DNA of 64,000 bases from an uncultured delta proteobacterium (lineage in GTDB: Bacteria; Myxococcota; Myxococcia; Myxococcales; Myxococcaceae). The notes below the pieces were generated by a model that saw only the letters and a list, made by a program, of their open reading frames with translations, did not search any database and was not told the origin of the DNA. Numbering within the stretch: position 1 is the stretch's first letter; every line of letters starts with the position of its first letter. Positions 19,778 through 29,291 of this stretch are shown here, in pieces. A program made the translations under genes and the position numbers. Location: the NCBI GenBank assembly GCA_963713045.1, contig CAVQKE010000004.1:576001-640000 (forward strand), read 5' to 3'.

Positions 19778-21613
19778 TTATGCGCAGCGGCGTGAGGGAC
19801 GTGGCGCCGTCCTGCGGCGCTTTCTAACTTCATTCCACGTGAGAAGCACCAGCAACGCCAAAGGCGTTCCCTCCCCTTCCACCGAGGAGCAACCGCCGAC
19901 GACCCCACCGCCATCGCGACCGGTGTTTCCACTGCCACCGTTGCTGACGACCACACTCAAGGAGGCAGTGGCCTGCCCACCGTCGGCATCCACGACGGTG
20001 GCGTGAATGGTGTGGCTCCCATCGAGGATGTTGTGCGTGTTCCAACTGACACTGTTCGCCGTGCCAGTCGACAGCGGGGCAGACCCGTCAATGGCGATGG
20101 AGATACCGCTCAGGACGGTGTTTGAGCCGGGCCTTGCCGCCACTGTCACGTTGCTCAAGCCCGTCACCGTCGCTCCAGCAGCCGGGCTGGTGATGGCTAC
20201 CGTCGGCGCAGAGTCCACCTGCACCAACAGGGCCGCTGAGTGCACGCTCGTCCCCGTTGCCTGGACCACCAAGACGCCATCCTGTAGTGGCGCGGCGCTT
20301 GGGTCGGCTGAAACCGTCAGGTTGGCACCGCCGCCCACGCTCAGCGAGGGGACGTCGATGGTGGCGTGGACGCCCGTCGGAAGTGCCGTCACTGAAAGCG
20401 TAATCGCGATCGGCTCTCCGCTTGTGGGCGCCGTCAACACCGGAATGGGCTGCGATGATGCCCCCGGGCCGAGTGAAATGGACTTCGTACTCAACGCAAT
20501 GGAGTAGTCGTTCGAGTCATATCGACTCCCCACGCAGGCAGCGACGTTGGGCTGGCTCGCCGGATTGCCGCTCCAGACCACGTTTGAAAAGAGTTGCTGA
20601 ACGATGTAGCAGCCCGCACTTCCAGCGGCGCACCCAGTCAAACCACCCGTGCCAACGGTGTCCAAGTGGCCTTGGCACACGTCTCCGATTTCGCCCTGGC
20701 TGTTTGCCTCATTGTCGTACCAGGCCAGTGGGAAGTCGGGACCATTCGCCAGACCTGCTTGGCCGTCGGTAATGGACTCGGCAACCTCGTGGGAGGTTGC
20801 GGCACAAGTGTTGTCGAATGTCGACCCGCTACCGCAGCCCGTCTCGCAGCCGTTGGCGCTGAGGTCAGGAGCAACAACGTAGTAGACGCTCTGCTTGGCA
20901 GCGTTCTGGTACACGCCGTGGTAGGAGCAAAACGTCTGGCACGACACCTGATTTGGGTTGCTGATGCGGATGCTGGCCGGGAAATGAATCACATACAGTG
21001 TGTCCGCGTCTGGTGGTGGAAGTTGGCCCTGGCTCACCTGAAAATCGATTTCATTCGCGATGTCGCCATCGGCGAGGCAAGTGAGCGTGGCATTCGGTGC
21101 GGGACAGGCCGGAAATGTCTTGGAGAGCGCAGTTAAGGTGTAGGTCCCGGCGAAGACACCTCGCCCAATCATCTGCTGGGTTCCCGCTTGGCCGGCGTGT
21201 GTGCCCGCCTGAGTCGAGAGGTTGGTCGAGTATTCGCTGAGCCAATCGACCCAAGCGCTGTCGACGATGGTGCTGTAGAAGCCAGGCATCCCAGACTGAA
21301 TTTCAGAGCTCACCGCGCTGGTCCAGAAAACGGCGTACACCTTCACATTGGCGATGACATCGCCGCCGAAGTACTGAAAGTTGAGCGTGCAAGGGACGGG
21401 TGACTGTAGCTGGTGGTTGTTGATGCAGACGGGCGTCGTACCTGCCTCGGTCGACGTGAAGCTACTGCGTAGGGCCGCTCCGCCGCCCGCTGCAGTCGTG
21501 TGCAGGGGCTGGTAGTGGGGTTGACCAACGATGACGTCATCTGGCCAAGCGACCACCGGAATCAGCAACAGCGCGAAGGCGCCGGCACGAGAAAGCAGCA
21601 GTTGGCGATGCAG
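19778..21613 (-). CDS. surface protein: Phi-1/EXORDIUM-like domain + Ig-like domains + MYXO-CTERM-like tail (start uncertain: CTG 21613 or TTG 21568)
   Basis: FCSYHG, SHEVAESITD, AWYD...GEIGDVC; PTVAITSP...WNTHNILDGSHTIHATVVDADG Ig-like; GGCSS + hydrophobic stretch + RKRRR. Confidence 0.7.
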   Translation of the reverse strand: MHRQLLLSRAGAFALLLIPVVAWPDDVIVGQPHYQPLHTTAAGGGAALRSSFTSTEAGTTPVCINNHQLQSPVPCTLNFQYFGGDVIANVKVYAVFWTSAVSSEIQSGMPGFYSTIVDSAWVDWLSEYSTNLSTQAGTHAGQAGTQQMIGRGVFAGTYTLTALSKTFPACPAPNATLTCLADGDIANEIDFQVSQGQLPPPDADTLYVIHFPASIRISNPNQVSCQTFCSYHGVYQNAAKQSVYYVVAPDLSANGCETGCGSGSTFDNTCAATSHEVAESITDGQAGLANGPDFPLAWYDNEANSQGEIGDVCQGHLDTVGTGGLTGCAAGSAGCYIVQQLFSNVVWSGNPASQPNVAACVGSRYDSNDYSIALSTKSISLGPGASSQPIPVLTAPTSGEPIAITLSVTALPTGVHATIDVPSLSVGGGANLTVSADPSAAPLQDGVLVVQATGTSVHSAALLVQVDSAPTVAITSPAAGATVTGLSNVTVAARPGSNTVLSGISIAIDGSAPLSTGTANSVSWNTHNILDGSHTIHATVVDADGGQATASLSVVVSNGGSGNTGRDGGGVVGGCSSVEGEGTPLALLVLLTWNEVRKRRRTAPRPSRRCA

Positions 21614-22031
21614 GCTCCTGAACTCCTCTCGCTAGCAAGGGTATGCGGCGCCCGGACGGGAGTCGACAGCGCACCATTGCTCAGCGGCATGAAGGGACCC
21701 TCCAGGTAAACTCTGCACCCACCGCAACACACCGCTTTCGGTTTGCCCCAGGGAGCAGAGCCCTTCGACGACGCCCGCGCATACGCTGAGGCTGCCGCAG
21801 GAAGAGGCCTCCCGCGTCCCAAGGTGCACGGGGGCCTTTGGCCGCTGACTGCAGGCACTACCCACGGACTCCCATGGAAGACGTCGAATGCGGACCGGTC
21901 CTGGACGCTTTGGCGTGGTCGGGCGGTCGCAGTGAAGGCGCGCCGGCGTGCGGGCGGCTGCAATTCTTCATGGACGGAAGTCGCGCGGCAGTCCACAGTT
22001 CTCGGGACATTCCGACGGGAGGGGGTAAGGC

Positions 22032-23402
22032 GTGAAAACACCTATGAAGGCCGCGCGGGGATGCCGGCCTTTGGCTGTGCTCGTCTGTGGCCTCGCGACC
22101 TCAACTGCGCTTGCCCAACAAGGGACGCTTTTCCCTCCCAGCATCGCCATTACCAATTACGACCACGTGCTGATTGGGGAGGAGGAAGCGCTCGAGTCAG
22201 GGGCCTTCGTGGCGCGGGTCGGCTCGACAACGGCGGGCTGGTACAACCCTGCGGGAATGATGCTGGTGAAAAAGACAGCCATCGGCGCGAGCGGTACCGG
22301 TTACGAGGCCGACCTCATCAAGCTGGAGGGCCTCACCAAGGCCGTCGGTGGCGCCATCAGCATCGCCCAGCTCCCCTCTTACTTCGGCGCCGTGCTTGGC
22401 GAGGATGTACTGCACTCCGCCGTCTGGCGACTCGGCTTCTCCATCACCAAACCCGTGTCCTGGGTACAGGGAATCGAGGCTGGGCAACCCCAACAAGGTC
22501 TCTCGTATTCCTCGACGGTCAGCCTGACCACCCTTGTCCCCATGCTTTCGGTGGCCTTCGCCCCCCTCCCTTGCCTCAGATTCGGAGTGGGAGCGGGCGT
22601 CGCGCTCACCTCGTTGAATGAGATTCAGACCCTCTCTGCGCAGGCGCTGACGGATACCACCGCAAACGCCTTTCTGCGAACGGTCAACGGCAATGGTTCC
22701 ATTTGGAACCTCACCGGCAACGTCGGCGCGCAGTTTGACATTACGAACAACCTCGTCGTTGGCGCGGTGGTGCGCCTCCCCGGCCTCAAGCTTCTCTCCA
22801 GTGGCGGCCTCACCTATCAAGACGTCCAAAACAACGGCATGCCCTGGAATCAAGTCTTCTTCAAAGACCGTGATGCAGCATTCGAATACAAGCTTGCGAC
22901 TGAAGTCGACTTCGGACTCGCCTGGCAGTCCAATGTCTTCGGCATCGAGGCGGATGTCCGCTACCACGCGGCGGTCGCCAGCTATCTCCTGCTCTCGAGT
23001 CAAACCCCGGTTCAAACCACCACCACCGCGCCAAATGGGACGCCCATCGTCACCTCGACGCCGTTTCCCGGAGTCACCAATGGTACCAAGCAGGTCTGGA
23101 ATTGGGCGGTTGGTGCCAACGTTTCCCTCAACGAATGGTGGAGCCTGCATGCGGGATTCTACAGCGACTACTCTCCCAGCAGCCCCGCGAGCGTCAGCGT
23201 GTTTCGGAACCTTAACCTCTATGGCGCCACCGCGGGTGCAAAGGTGCACGGTGAACACCTGTCGGGGTCTTTCGGATTAGGCTTTAGTTGGGGGAACTCG
23301 CCCAACTTCACCTTTCCCAACTCGGCGAACGGAAGCACCCTCACCACGCGCTTCATCGTGAGGAGCATCGAGGTCCTCTACGCGTTGGCGTATAAGTTTT
23401 GA
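22032..23402 (+). CDS. FadL/OmpP1-like outer-membrane beta-barrel
   Basis: signal peptide, AGWYNPAGM motif, amphipathic strands, C-terminal YALAYKF. Confidence 0.8.
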   Translation: MKTPMKAARGCRPLAVLVCGLATSTALAQQGTLFPPSIAITNYDHVLIGEEEALESGAFVARVGSTTAGWYNPAGMMLVKKTAIGASGTGYEADLIKLEGLTKAVGGAISIAQLPSYFGAVLGEDVLHSAVWRLGFSITKPVSWVQGIEAGQPQQGLSYSSTVSLTTLVPMLSVAFAPLPCLRFGVGAGVALTSLNEIQTLSAQALTDTTANAFLRTVNGNGSIWNLTGNVGAQFDITNNLVVGAVVRLPGLKLLSSGGLTYQDVQNNGMPWNQVFFKDRDAAFEYKLATEVDFGLAWQSNVFGIEADVRYHAAVASYLLLSSQTPVQTTTTAPNGTPIVTSTPFPGVTNGTKQVWNWAVGANVSLNEWWSLHAGFYSDYSPSSPASVSVFRNLNLYGATAGAKVHGEHLSGSFGLGFSWGNSPNFTFPNSANGSTLTTRFIVRSIEVLYALAYKF

Positions 23403-23444
23403 CAGCTTCGAGCGCCCGAACCCGAGATTGGGCCCCGGACCAAC

Positions 23445-24695
23445 CTACTTGCTCGCGTCGAGAGCTTCGATGGTGGCCAAGGACGCCGGGCGTTCCCTCT
23501 GCAGACGAGCGGCAACCGCCTCCGCTTGGGCGAAGGCGCGAATGAAGTTCTCCCCCGCTAGCTTTCGCAAGTCTTCATCCTTCCAGCCGCGCCGGATGAG
23601 CTCGGCAAACAGGTACGGGTAGCGGCTCACGTCCTCGAGTCCGACTGGGCCGCCATCGCCGTCGAAGTCACTGCCGATGCCAACGTGGTCGATGCCGGCC
23701 AACTTTGCGACGTATTCAATGTGGTCGGCCACTTGAGCGAGTGTGGCCTTCGGTGGTGGCCCAGCGACAGTCGCACGCTCCGCCTCCAGTCGTCGCATCT
23801 CCGCAAGGGTCTTGGTCCCCTGCATCGTCCTTTCCAGCGGACGGTACCATTCCGCCAACTCCTGAGAGACAAAGGGGGGCACGAAGGTAACCATGACCAC
23901 CCCGCCGTTGGCCGGCATGCGCCGCAGGACGTCGTCGGGGACGTTGCGCGGGTGGTCTGTCAAAGCCCTGGCGCTCGAATGCGAGAAAATAACAGGGGCC
24001 TCTGAGACGTCGAGGGCCTGCTTCATCACCGCCGCTGAGACGTGACTGAGGTCCACCAGCATGCCAAGCCGATTCATCTCGCGGACGACTTCACGCCCAA
24101 AAGGAGTCAGTCCGCCGTGTTTGGGATCGTCGGTGGCGGAATCAGCCCAGTCGGTGTCTCGACCGTGGGTGAGGGTCATATAGCGCACGCCCAGCGCGTA
24201 GTAGGCACGAAGCGCGCCTAAGCTGTTTTCCAGCGCGCGCCCGTTTTCCATTCCAAGGAAGGAAGCGATTTTCCCCACCCGCTGCGCCGCTCGGATGTCA
24301 GCAGCACGGGTGGCAAACACCAACACCTCCGGGTAGGCAGCAATCATCCGGCGGGCGAGATCGATTTGTTCCAACTGCATCCGCGCGCTTCCGTCGCTTA
24401 AGGACGGAATCCAGACGCTCCAGAATTGCGCCGACACACCGCCCGCCCGAAGGCGAGCCAAGTCCGTCTCGTGGCGCCCGGGTTTGCGCATGTCGTACAG
24501 GCTGACATCGCCATGAGAGATCGGGTCTTCGCGAATCAGCCACACAGTATCATTGTGGCCATCCACCAACGGCGTACCCCTCAGGAGCTCACGGGCATGG
24601 CGAAGCGCGGCGTCTTCTTGGTCGCTCGGGGCTTTGCCCGACGAACTGCCGACGGCTAACGCTGCAAGGAGGAGGACCTGCACCCAGTCATTCAT
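23445..24695 (-). CDS. membrane dipeptidase (M19 family), exported
   Basis: DGHND, GVRYMTLTH, EMNRLGMLVDLSHVS, FSHSSA, HVGIGSDFDG. Confidence 0.93.
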   Translation of the reverse strand: MNDWVQVLLLAALAVGSSSGKAPSDQEDAALRHARELLRGTPLVDGHNDTVWLIREDPISHGDVSLYDMRKPGRHETDLARLRAGGVSAQFWSVWIPSLSDGSARMQLEQIDLARRMIAAYPEVLVFATRAADIRAAQRVGKIASFLGMENGRALENSLGALRAYYALGVRYMTLTHGRDTDWADSATDDPKHGGLTPFGREVVREMNRLGMLVDLSHVSAAVMKQALDVSEAPVIFSHSSARALTDHPRNVPDDVLRRMPANGGVVMVTFVPPFVSQELAEWYRPLERTMQGTKTLAEMRRLEAERATVAGPPPKATLAQVADHIEYVAKLAGIDHVGIGSDFDGDGGPVGLEDVSRYPYLFAELIRRGWKDEDLRKLAGENFIRAFAQAEAVAARLQRERPASLATIEALDASK

Positions 24696-24786
24696 CTCCA
24701 CCTCAATGTGTTGAACGGCCGAAGCGGATGGGCTGCCACCCTCCCCAACCCGTCTTCAACCATAGCGCGAGCCGGGTAACGGTCTG

Positions 24787-26604
24787 CTATTCGAATTGAA
24801 GCGGTCTGTACGTCCCGCTCGCATCGAGGATTGTGCCCCAAACTTTGTGCTGGCCCTGATGGTCGTTCGGTCCAAAAGCGATTTGGGTGCCGAGTCCGAA
24901 GTCGAGGCTTTGAATGGTTTCGAGAGCGCGGATTATGTTCTCCGTGGTGACGGTCCGGCCGCAGCGACGCAACCCTTCCAGCAGGAGTTTGCCCACCAAG
25001 TACCCCTCGAGCGAGCCGAAATCGGGCTTCTCCGCCGGCGCGTAGCTGGCAAGCGCGTCCCGGTAGCGAAGCACCGCTGTGGAATGAGAGGTGGGAAGTG
25101 GGACGACCTGACTCACAATGACGTCGCTTGGGAATTGAGGACCCAGCGGAAGCAACTCCTCGGCCAAAGCCTGGCTGCCGACTTGCGAGACGCTGGCGAA
25201 AATCAGGTGGGGCTGCACGGCCGAGACGCGTTCGATGAAGCGCGCCGCCGCGCGGTATGTGGCGACCATCACGATTGCACGGAGCTGATGACGACGCTCG
25301 AGGACCTGCGCCACGGCCTTGCTCACGTTGCTGGTATTGCGGGAATACGTCACCTTCAGAGGCGCGCGAGCATTCGGGTACCGCTCGAGCGCCCGTAGAA
25401 CACCCTGGTATCCGGAATCCAGGGAATCATCCTCTTCTGCGAAGACTGCAATTTGGTCGGGCTGCAGGCGACGCACTTCAATCAGGTATCGAACGATGGC
25501 GGCCGTCTCCTCCTGCGCGCTTGCTCTGAAGTTAAAGACCGTGCGGTCGGGCGGGTCCTTTCGCAGGGACGCCCCCCCGCTCGATGGCCCGAAAAGGAGC
25601 AACCGCTGCTTCAAGAGGTAGGGCAGAGTCGCGACGGCGCTCGGAGTGCCCACATTTCCAACGAAACCGAAGACACCTTGTTGTTCGGCCAAGCCTTGCG
25701 TCACCTGGCGAGCACGGAATGGCTCGTAGCCGTCATCGACTGCCACCAGCTGAACCCGACGCCCATGAACCCCACCCTCGCGGTCGGCCTCGGCAAAGGC
25801 CGTCTCCACGCCCAGCTTCATCTGCCGGCCAAGTTCCCGCGATGGACCGCTCAGCGGTGCAACCATGCCGAAGGTGACATCGGTATCCGTGACGCCGACG
25901 GGAGTCGGCCGTGCTTTTGGGCGTTCCGATGTCCCTTTGCGCGGTCCTGCGTCGAGTCCTGAAGTACTGTCCAACATCTCCCCCACGGCCAAGGCCAAAG
26001 CGCCTCCAACCATCAGCGCTGCGGCGAATGCCAGGACCCGAATTCCAAGAGGTCCCGGAAGAAACTCGCGCCCGATGCGGGGAAGGGCCGCCGTCGGCTG
26101 TGCCGAAACAGTGTCCGAGACGGAAGGTCGTTGGGCACCGCGGGGTGTGACGATGTCCTGGCCAGCCGCGGGACCCCACGGCACCGTCGGAAGAACGGCC
26201 GCGATTTCTGCCGCTTCGAAGCCTGGGGGCGCCAGAGCGCCCCGTGCATGCAGTTTTCCCCCTGGGGGTCCCCGCTCCTGGAGGAGTCGTCGCCACGGCT
26301 CATGCACCGTCCGTCGCTGGCTGCGAGCGCCAAGCTCGACCTGAAAGGCCCCATCGTTCAGCCGATGGACCGCTCGGCGTACGGCTTCCGCGCCTTCTTG
26401 CCCTTCGAACCTCGCGTCCACGACGGCGCCCCCTTCGACGAAGAAGGTGCCGGTGGAGGGTGGCCGACCTCTTTCGCCCGCAGTGACCGACACGGCAGCC
26501 GTCTGGCGACTAACGCAGTAAAACTCCAGCAAATCCGCGAAGAGAACTTGTCGAAAATCACCTGCTAGGGACACGGATTCTGTCACTCGTCGGGCAGAGG
26601 TCAT
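24787..26604 (-). CDS. DUF4388-like N-terminal domain + TM + LivK-type periplasmic binding domain fusion
   Basis: SLAGDFRQVLFADLLEFYC...GTFFVEGGAVVDA; TM VLAFAAALMVGGALALAVG; GVTDTDVTFGMVAPLSGP, GGVHGRRVQLVAVDDGYEP, VFNFRAS. Confidence 0.8.
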   Translation of the reverse strand: MTSARRVTESVSLAGDFRQVLFADLLEFYCVSRQTAAVSVTAGERGRPPSTGTFFVEGGAVVDARFEGQEGAEAVRRAVHRLNDGAFQVELGARSQRRTVHEPWRRLLQERGPPGGKLHARGALAPPGFEAAEIAAVLPTVPWGPAAGQDIVTPRGAQRPSVSDTVSAQPTAALPRIGREFLPGPLGIRVLAFAAALMVGGALALAVGEMLDSTSGLDAGPRKGTSERPKARPTPVGVTDTDVTFGMVAPLSGPSRELGRQMKLGVETAFAEADREGGVHGRRVQLVAVDDGYEPFRARQVTQGLAEQQGVFGFVGNVGTPSAVATLPYLLKQRLLLFGPSSGGASLRKDPPDRTVFNFRASAQEETAAIVRYLIEVRRLQPDQIAVFAEEDDSLDSGYQGVLRALERYPNARAPLKVTYSRNTSNVSKAVAQVLERRHQLRAIVMVATYRAAARFIERVSAVQPHLIFASVSQVGSQALAEELLPLGPQFPSDVIVSQVVPLPTSHSTAVLRYRDALASYAPAEKPDFGSLEGYLVGKLLLEGLRRCGRTVTTENIIRALETIQSLDFGLGTQIAFGPNDHQGQHKVWGTILDASGTYRPLQFE

Positions 26605-27038
26605 CGTCGTTGTGTCGCCCGCGGAACTGTAGGGCGAGGGTGAGGTCCGGCAAGTTTCCGACCACAGGCATGTAGCGTTACCAGGTGCCGCGTCGACTCT
26701 CCTCAAGCAGCTGGCGTGTGCGAAACCCCGGCGGCGCCCCGTTTTCGGCACCGGCTGCCCGGGTGAGCCCTTTTAAGGCACCCCAGCGAGCCCCGGTAGG
26801 TCGGGAGTCGCGCTTGCTGCATCAGCCTTCAGCGTCCGCGGCACCTGCGACTCACTGGACGTCGACCCCCGCGTTCACCGAGGCGCGGCTTGCGGTCATT
26901 CCCGCAGCCGGCGGCCTGCAACCTGACAACCATTTCACTCCGGCGGCAGCAAGTATTGGTCAACGGGAGGGTGTAGACCGGCACGTGCAGTCGGCATCCA
27001 GCGCTCGTTTGCACTTCGTAGCCCCTGAGGAGATGAAG

Positions 27039-27434
27039 ATGACGACCAGTGGAGGCAACGGCATTGTCAACAAGCTGAGCAAGCACTCCGTGGACGAAAC
27101 CGTCGACAAACTTAAAGCCATGCTTCAGGAGAAGGCGGTGAACCTGTTTGCAGTCATCGACCACAGCGGCGAGGCCGCCAAGGTGGGGCTCAAGATGCCC
27201 CCCACAAAGCTGCTGATTCTCGGCAGTCCCAAAGGAGGGACGCCGGTCATGCTGGCGGCGCCCAGTAGCGCCCTCGACCTCCCGCTGAAGATTTTGGTTT
27301 GGCAAAGTGCTGAGGGAAAGGTTTGCATTTCCTACAACAGCCCAGCCTACCTGCAGGAGCGGCACGACATCCCGGCGAACCTCATGCCAAACCTTGCGGT
27401 GATTGAAATCCTCGCCTCAAAGGCAGCGGAGTAA
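27039..27434 (+). CDS. DUF302 domain protein
   Basis: HSVDETV...FAVIDHSGEA...GSPKGGTPVM...ALDLPLKILVW; GAGGAG RBS. Confidence 0.88.
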   Translation: MTTSGGNGIVNKLSKHSVDETVDKLKAMLQEKAVNLFAVIDHSGEAAKVGLKMPPTKLLILGSPKGGTPVMLAAPSSALDLPLKILVWQSAEGKVCISYNSPAYLQERHDIPANLMPNLAVIEILASKAAE

Positions 27435-27588
27435 AGACCGCAAGGGACGGCGGCTGGCTGGGCCCACCTCCTTCTCCAAGCCGGCCGCGGAAGTGGCGGG
27501 TGGGAAGAAGTTCAGCGGGAGGGGTAGAACTGCTTTGAAAGCTCCGTGCTTTCCGCAAAAGGTCATGACGAGAACCAGAAAGGTCGCC

Positions 27589-28908
27589 ATGCAAGCCCGC
27601 CGTCTCGTTCCAGCGCTGTGCTTATCGCTCGTCGCGCGGCCGCTGCCTGCGGCTGAGCCAGCTGAGCCGTCCGTTCCGGTGACTGCAATTCGCGCCGGCG
27701 TCTTGATTGACGGTCTGTCGGCTGTGCCGAAGCAGAACCAACTCATCATTATCCGGGGCAATCGGGTTGAGAGCGTCGGTGAATTGGCCGCCGGGAGAAT
27801 TCCGGCGGGGGCCAAGGTCATCGACCTCTCGCGGGCAACCATCCTGCCGGGACTCATCGACGCTCACACCCACATTTTCCTGCAGGGCGAGGATCCGGCC
27901 GAAGGCGGATACGACTCCCAGCTGTTGAAGGACTCCCTCGCGTTTCGGGCGGCGCGCGCCACAGTGGCGGCAAGACGCGCCCTCGAGCAGGGCTTCACGA
28001 CCATCCGGGATGTCGAGACTGAGGGAGCCGGCTATGGAGACGTGGGCATCAAGAAGGCCATCGAGCGCGGCTACATCCCCGGCCCCCGGATGTTTGTCGT
28101 CACTCGAGCGATTTCAACCACCGGCGGATACGACTTGGATGGTTACGCGCCGGAGGTCGTCGTCCCCAAGGGCGCCCAGTTGGTCGACGGGCCGGTCGAG
28201 GCGCGGAAGGCGGCGCGAGAGCAGCTTGCAAACGGTGCCGATTGGCTCAAGGTGTACATGACCCATCGTTCCTGGGTCGACAAGCAGGGCAAGCTCGTCT
28301 CGCAGCCGACGCTGACCGTTGAGGAACTTAAAGCCGTCGTCGACGAGGCTCACGGCTGGGGCCGAAAAGTGGCCTGTCACGCCTACAACGGCCTGGGGCT
28401 CCGCCGCGCGCTGGATGGGGGTTGCGACTCCATCGAGCATGGCCTCGAATTGGATGACGCCGCCATCTCGCAAATGCTCAAACAGGGAACCTGGCTCTGT
28501 CCCACGATGGCGGTCTACTACCACGGGTTTGCCGCCGAGGACACGCCAGCGGGCAAGCTCGACCGAAAGCGGGTCGCCGTGCATGGGCCATCGCTTCAGA
28601 GAGCCGTCAAGGCGGGGGTCAAAATCGCCTTCGGTAGCGACGTTGGGGGCTTCTCGTGGAGCGAGCCAATCGCGCAGGAATTCCCGCGGATGGTCGAGTT
28701 CGGGATGACACCGATGGCGGCCATCCAGGCGGCCACCTCGAGAGCTGCGCAGATGCTCGGGATGGAGGGAGAGCTCGGAGTCATTGCGTCTGGCTCTGCC
28801 GCGGACATCATCGCGGTGGTTGGCGACCCGCTCAAGGACATCACAGTCCTCGAGCACGTCGGCTTCGTCATGAAAGACGGGCAGGTCTATAAGGACGACC
28901 TAAAGTAG
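27589..28908 (+). CDS. exported metal-dependent amidohydrolase (Xaa-Pro dipeptidase-like)
   Basis: PGLIDAHTH, GFTTIRD, GADWLK, VACHA, SIEHG, IAFGSD, ADIIAVVGDPL. Confidence 0.92.
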   Translation: MQARRLVPALCLSLVARPLPAAEPAEPSVPVTAIRAGVLIDGLSAVPKQNQLIIIRGNRVESVGELAAGRIPAGAKVIDLSRATILPGLIDAHTHIFLQGEDPAEGGYDSQLLKDSLAFRAARATVAARRALEQGFTTIRDVETEGAGYGDVGIKKAIERGYIPGPRMFVVTRAISTTGGYDLDGYAPEVVVPKGAQLVDGPVEARKAAREQLANGADWLKVYMTHRSWVDKQGKLVSQPTLTVEELKAVVDEAHGWGRKVACHAYNGLGLRRALDGGCDSIEHGLELDDAAISQMLKQGTWLCPTMAVYYHGFAAEDTPAGKLDRKRVAVHGPSLQRAVKAGVKIAFGSDVGGFSWSEPIAQEFPRMVEFGMTPMAAIQAATSRAAQMLGMEGELGVIASGSAADIIAVVGDPLKDITVLEHVGFVMKDGQVYKDDLK

Positions 28909-28978
28909 CTCCCACCGCTGCAAACTCGAGTATCGGGCATTGCCGAAGCGAGACCAGAGACCGAGCGTCAGCTCTCCA

Positions 28979-29284
28979 CTATCTCGGTGTGGAAGCCTGG
29001 CTCACTGGCTTCTTTCCGTAGTTCCTGACGAGGTAGTCGACGATTCGAGACATCTCATCGGGCTGTATCGGTGCGCCGAAGGCTTTGACCATCTTCTTGA
29101 CTTCGGCTTCCCAGCCCTGGCGGTCGAGAAAAAACGAGTTCATTTGGATGTAGTCGAGGCTGTGGCACACCGCGCAGCGACCAGCCACCAGGTCCTTGCC
29201 TGGACCATCCTTGAGTTGAATGGGCCTCTCGTCGGCGAACGACGCCGACGCGACGAGCAGGGGGAGCATGACGAATATTCTCAC
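28979..29284 (-). CDS. sorB: monoheme cytochrome c, SorB-like subunit
   Basis: signal peptide, CAVCHSLDYI, WEAEVKKM, IVDYL; directly downstream of the Mo subunit. Confidence 0.8.
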   Translation of the reverse strand: MRIFVMLPLLVASASFADERPIQLKDGPGKDLVAGRCAVCHSLDYIQMNSFFLDRQGWEAEVKKMVKAFGAPIQPDEMSRIVDYLVRNYGKKPVSQASTPR

Positions 29285-29291
29285 GGCTGAC

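Noticed and set aside
21706..21762. Minus-strand GGCAAACC-GAAA segment resembling a c-di-GMP-I riboswitch upstream of the surface protein
   Set aside because: The stem around GAAA and the downstream GACGCAAAGC element are missing; an Rfam search would settle it
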